DNA from: an uncultured Verrucomicrobiae bacterium
GTDB lineage: Bacteria; Verrucomicrobiota; Verrucomicrobiia; Chthoniobacterales; JAFAMB01
Direction: 5' to 3'
DNA length: 64,000 bases
Assembly: GCA_963762565.1 (NCBI GenBank)
Contig: CAVXLD010000001.1
Location: forward strand, 320,001 to 384,000
Positions within the stretch are counted from its first letter, which is position 1. Every line of letters begins with the position of its first letter. The translations under genes were made by a program, and so were the position numbers. Below the pieces are notes generated by a model. It ran no database searches. It was given only the letters and a program-made list of their open reading frames with translations, and was not told the DNA's origin. Shown one piece after another: positions 59,797-64,000 of the stretch.

Positions 59797-60162
59797 CAAC
59801 ATCCTTTTGCACGAACTGAGATCCTTGGATTGAGCTGAGCTGGTTTCGCTCTGCAGTTTTTGACCGTGAACTCTTTTCTCTCAGTTCCACTGATGTTCGC
59901 CGAACACCTTCCTTGAGGTCTTATTGAGGTGGTAACAGAGCCTCGTTTTTTAAAAGAAAGTGAAACTGTGGCCTTCGGGACGGCCCCATTTTTATGAGGT
60001 TTTTGCGCCACGCTGATCAAGCAGCGAAGAGTCCGATTGGAATCAATTCGCAGTAGACGCTCTGGGCTTCGAGGTGCCGATTAAGGGGCCACATCTAGAT
60101 CCTCAACACAATCTGGAATGATGTACCGAAGATAGATCTGACCCGACTTGGCTCCCATTAAG

Positions 60163-61197
60163 CTATTTCAGGCACTCCTCGATTTCCGAGAGCTCGCCAT
60201 CAGTTAACGGGGGAAACGCAAGGCCGGCATGCAGTTCTTCAACTTGGCCCGGGCGACTGGCTCCGATAAGGACCGAAGTAATTTGCGGTTGGCGCAAGAT
60301 CCAGGTTACCGCCAGTTGAGCCAGACTTTGGCTACGTTGCCGGGCTACCGCAGCCAGTTTCCGGGCGCGTTCAACCACCTCTTGGCTAACATTCGACGGT
60401 TTCAAGAACCGGCCGGCCTTCCCCGCTCGCGAATCGGCCGGGACCCCGTCTAAATATCGCTCGGTGAGAAGACCCTGAGCTAAAGGGGAAAAAACGATAC
60501 AACCGATCCCTTCCTCTGTCAGCACCCCAAGCAGACCTTCCTCGATGTGGCGATCGAACATATTGTATCGAGGCTGGTGGAGAAGACAGGGCGTACCTAA
60601 AGCGCGCAAGATCTTTGAAGACTCGCGGGTTTGTTCGGGAGAATAATTGGAGATCCCGACATAGAGGGCTTTGCCGCTGCGAACGATCTGGTCGAGCGCT
60701 CCCATGGTTTCTTCCAGCGGCGTCTCCGGGTCAGGGCGATGCGAATAGAAGACATCCACGTAATCCAGCCCCATTCGCTTGAGGCTTTGGTCCAAGCTCG
60801 CGATTAAATATTTTCGGGAGCCCCACTCCCCGTACGGACCGGGCCACATATCGTAGCCGGCTTTCGTGGAGATCACCATCTCGTCCCGATACGCCTTGAA
60901 ATCGGCGGCAAAGATTTGACCAAAGGTGCGTTCGGCAGCGCCTTGAGGAGGGCCATAATTGTTGGCCAGATCGAAATGGGTGATACCGAGGTCGAAAGAG
61001 CGCCGTAGAACGGCGTGGCTGTTAGCGATCGGATCGGCATCGCCGAAATTCTGCCAAAGCCCAATAGAGATTGAAGGCAACAACAACCCGCTCCGGCCTG
61101 CCCGCCGAAAGGCCATCCGATCGTAGCGGGCGGTCGAGGCGACATAGGTCGTGGGTAGTTGCGGAGCCGTTGGTGATAAGAAGCGCTGGGGTATCAT
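60163..61197 (-). CDS. Aldo/keto reductase, YghZ (L-glyceraldehyde-3-phosphate reductase) type
   Basis: GLWQNFG, GITHFDLANNYGPP, STKAGYDMWPGPYG, SPLAQG. Confidence 0.93.
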   Translation of the reverse strand: MIPQRFLSPTAPQLPTTYVASTARYDRMAFRRAGRSGLLLPSISIGLWQNFGDADPIANSHAVLRRSFDLGITHFDLANNYGPPQGAAERTFGQIFAADFKAYRDEMVISTKAGYDMWPGPYGEWGSRKYLIASLDQSLKRMGLDYVDVFYSHRPDPETPLEETMGALDQIVRSGKALYVGISNYSPEQTRESSKILRALGTPCLLHQPRYNMFDRHIEEGLLGVLTEEGIGCIVFSPLAQGLLTERYLDGVPADSRAGKAGRFLKPSNVSQEVVERARKLAAVARQRSQSLAQLAVTWILRQPQITSVLIGASRPGQVEELHAGLAFPPLTDGELSEIEECLK

Positions 61198-61328
61198 GAG
61201 TAGCAGAAATCTCACGCCAAGACGCAAAGACGCAAAGGAGAAGAGTAAGAAAGCGGTGCCCGCAATTTACGTCCTTTACGTTGAAAGATCTGCCTCCTGT
61301 CGCGCCATAGCGAAGCGGCGGCGGATCG

Positions 61329-61562
61329 CTAGAACGCACCGATATAACCGGCGAACCCGACCCCAACGGCCGCCACTAGCATGGCCAGGATGCCCAGGTA
61401 CATGGTCCAATAGATCCGATTCCCCCGCTCCAGCGCGTTAGTGCTCTCCAACAGGTCTCTGATCGGACTAACGGTTGGCAGTACTTCTGTAAGTGGTTTT
61501 AAAACAACGACTTTTGTCAACAAGTCTGACGAAATTTTTTGCATGGTTGCGTTCTCTACCAA
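61329..61562 (-). CDS. Possible small membrane protein
   Basis: C-terminal hydrophobic helix; no recognisable motif. Confidence 0.35.
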   Translation of the reverse strand: MVENATMQKISSDLLTKVVVLKPLTEVLPTVSPIRDLLESTNALERGNRIYWTMYLGILAMLVAAVGVGFAGYIGAF

Positions 61563-61665
61563 GAGGACGAACTCGCACCCTCTGCTTGCAACAAATCATC
61601 AAGGCTTGAAACATTTAGCCGCCGGTTCCAGCCCCACCACGAGGATCAGCACGTGGCTAACGTAT

Positions 61666-62772
61666 TTACGGGATTCTCAGAAAACCGTGATCGGCACCAT
61701 TGGAATCTATATAATATCCGCTGAGATCGCCTTCGAAGTTGAGACCGCCCGGAATAGTGCCCTGACCACTGCCCGTGCCTGCACCCGGTACGTCAAAGGT
61801 GGTGATGGAACCGTTCGGGTCGCGAATAAATCCGTGCGATACGCCGTTCGAATCGATATAGGGGCCCGAAACTACTCCCTTTAAATTGAAGACCTCAGGC
61901 AGCGTGCCTTGCCCCGCTGCTGTGCCGGCGCCGGGAACATCGAACTCGGTGATGCTGCCATCGGGAAAACGGATGTAGCCGTGACTGGCGCTATTCGAAT
62001 CATAGTACGGGCCAGGAATAAAGTACGCATCGTTGATGCCATCGGTATCTGTGCCTTGGAAGGGACCAGTACCCGCGCCAGGGGCGTCGATTACGACGAA
62101 GGTGCCGTCAGGTTGCCGAAAATGGCCGTGCAACACATTCTGATCATCGATTATGGCGCCGGCAATCGCACCCTCCACATTCAGGCCGGTGCCCGCTGCC
62201 GTGCCGGTACCCTGACCCGATCCCGTCCCCGCGCCTGGACCCTCGAAGCTCGTGAACGATCCAAAGGGCGACCGCAGAAATCCGTGTGCTCGCCCGCCCG
62301 AGTCGAAGTAATATCCGCCGATCTCTCCCCAGAGATTAATGTTGTAAGAAAGCGTCCCTATGTTACCTGCGCCGGTAGCCGCCCCCGGGGCATCGAAGGT
62401 GGTGACACTGCCATCGGCGGTGCGGATGAAACCATGGTTGACGCTGTTCGAGTCGAGGTAAACACCCGTTATCGTGCCGAAGACATTGATGCTGACCGGC
62501 TCTGTGCCTTGGCCAGTGCCGGTTCCCGCTCCGGAGACGTCGAACGTCGTGTAGTGTCCCGATCTGCTACGAATGAATCCGTGGGCGACGCCGCTAGAGT
62601 CAACGTAGTTTCCGAAAATCACGCGGGAGTCGGTCACGTTCTGTGGAAAGGTTCCTTGGCCTTTGCCAGTACCGGCCCCTGGTGCATCAATGGCGATATA
62701 CGTCTGTGCGTGGGCGATACCCATCGCCAGAAGGGAGATAAACCCTGGCATCCATAGTTGCTTTCGGTTCAT
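61666..62772 (-). CDS. Secreted Gly-rich HGF-repeat (probable 7-blade beta-propeller) protein
   Basis: Signal peptide ending AHA; seven repeats with D.PGAGT..GQGT and HG[FYH]..R. Confidence 0.88.
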   Translation of the reverse strand: MNRKQLWMPGFISLLAMGIAHAQTYIAIDAPGAGTGKGQGTFPQNVTDSRVIFGNYVDSSGVAHGFIRSRSGHYTTFDVSGAGTGTGQGTEPVSINVFGTITGVYLDSNSVNHGFIRTADGSVTTFDAPGAATGAGNIGTLSYNINLWGEIGGYYFDSGGRAHGFLRSPFGSFTSFEGPGAGTGSGQGTGTAAGTGLNVEGAIAGAIIDDQNVLHGHFRQPDGTFVVIDAPGAGTGPFQGTDTDGINDAYFIPGPYYDSNSASHGYIRFPDGSITEFDVPGAGTAAGQGTLPEVFNLKGVVSGPYIDSNGVSHGFIRDPNGSITTFDVPGAGTGSGQGTIPGGLNFEGDLSGYYIDSNGADHGFLRIP

Positions 62773-63119
62773 TGCATCCTCTCGATCTAAATTCGGTTAG
62801 AATGGTTTAATGGAGCTAGACGAATCTTGATTGGTACAGCAACCCTTCGCTCGAGGGCATAACCACTTCGATTCAAAATGACATGACCATTTTGGGTTTA
62901 AGCAGGGTCGAATCGAGCCCGGGTGAGGTCCCCGAACCAGACTTTTTGAACAGGAGCAAGCAGAGGGCCTCTGTTGTCTCCCTTAGCTCCTGGTAAGATT
63001 TTTTCCCAAGGACCGGGCAGTTGTCCTAAATGCGCGATGTCATTCGTCGGAGAATGAGGTGAAAATAAGAGCCGGCACCCCCCGCTGTTTACGACGCCTC
63101 CCAATCACTTCTCCATCCT

Positions 63120-63854
63120 ATGCCGCAGAAAATTCTGAATCAACGTGGCTCCCTATTATCAATTGAGGTGGCAATCTTGTTCCATCTGTTATTGCCCACC
63201 GCAACCTGGCAAGCCCGGGCCGAGACGGCGCAAACGCCGTATCCGGTAATGGCTCCTCTCGATCAGTATCTGATGCCGGATCAAAGCTCGGAAATCGCTC
63301 TGGCGCGAAGCGCAGCTCCCAAGTCTGTCTCTGACGAGGCCGAAGTGCTGGTTCTTGGGCGAGACGGATACAAGACCGCAGTCAAAGGCAAGAATGGCTT
63401 TGTCTGTATGGTGGAAAGATCATGGACGGCCCCGAGCGATGATCCGGACTTCTGGAATCCGAAAATCCGCTCCCCCATTTGTTTCAATGCACCGGCTGGG
63501 CGGACCTACCTGCCCATCACGCTGATGAAGACGCAATTGATCCTGGCAGGAAAATCGAAGGACGAAATGTTCAAGGCGCTCGCGTCAGCATTGGATAACA
63601 AAGAACTGCCGCCGCTCGAGAATGGCGCGATGTGCTACATGATGTCAAAGCAGCAGTACTTGAGTGACCGAGCCAACTGCTGGCATCCCCATCTGATGTT
63701 CTTTGTTCCACTCATGGCTGCTGAAAGCTGGGGAGCTAACCTTCCTGGGACACCGATTGTCGCCGGCGAGGTCCCTGAAGACCGACTGACGATCTTCATG
63801 GTTCCTGTCGGTCACTGGTCCGACGGGACGGCAGCTCCAGTGTTTGGCGACTAA
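63120..63854 (+). CDS. Secreted hypothetical protein
   Basis: Signal peptide ending ARA; EIALARSAAP, NGFVC.VER, YMMS, WHPHLM. Confidence 0.82.
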   Translation: MPQKILNQRGSLLSIEVAILFHLLLPTATWQARAETAQTPYPVMAPLDQYLMPDQSSEIALARSAAPKSVSDEAEVLVLGRDGYKTAVKGKNGFVCMVERSWTAPSDDPDFWNPKIRSPICFNAPAGRTYLPITLMKTQLILAGKSKDEMFKALASALDNKELPPLENGAMCYMMSKQQYLSDRANCWHPHLMFFVPLMAAESWGANLPGTPIVAGEVPEDRLTIFMVPVGHWSDGTAAPVFGD

Positions 63855-64000
63855 CGCCGAAAGATAGCTGAATAATAGCGTTGGGGCGATAGAATAGAAA
63901 CCCTACTCTATTACCGGTTTCTAAAAAAATAGCGCTCTTATCGTAGACCGGCGTCGTCCCGCAAGAAGAGGATCAGCGAAATCTTCTAGCGATAGCGGCG

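Noticed and set aside
61909..62757. 282-aa plus-strand ORF
   Set aside because: Antisense shadow of the HGF-repeat gene
1..64000. tRNA, rRNA, integrase, transposase or prophage
   Set aside because: None recognised by eye; tRNAscan-SE and Rfam were not run, so small RNAs could be missed

Overview
Bacterial genomic window with about 50 intact-looking protein-coding genes and several gene remnants. I saw no rRNA, tRNA, CRISPR array or intact transposase. The style of the secreted repeat proteins and intergenic repeats suggests a soil Verrucomicrobiota (Chthoniobacterales-like) genome; this is inference only. 1-22 kb is an accessory patchwork: the end of a sugar ABC / ADP-dependent kinase / class I aldolase operon, oxidoreductases, a thiolase, two VapBC-type toxin-antitoxin pairs, a TetR regulator with two palindromic operators, broken genes and many short periodic or palindromic intergenic repeats. 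Some of those repeats carry 32-40 nt micro-insertions. 22-60 kb looks like a general-stress/dormancy region: ECF sigma factor, CsbD, YciF, YhxC/YghA-type SDRs, a KaiC-like ATPase plus hybrid kinase, MgtC and a PPC-domain protein. It also contains a complete alternative complex III (actABCDEF plus an actG-like gene) with SCO and a caa3-type A2 oxidase. A tightly coupled 7-gene operon preceded by an ASRT-domain gene follows: ThDP oxidase, enolase-superfamily enzyme, duplicated His-containing membrane protein, GMC small and large subunits, GH15 and SDR. The most interesting candidates are that operon (a possible sugar-oxidising respiratory module with a novel membrane anchor) and the micro-insertion elements. 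All functional calls come from motif recognition by eye, with no database searches.
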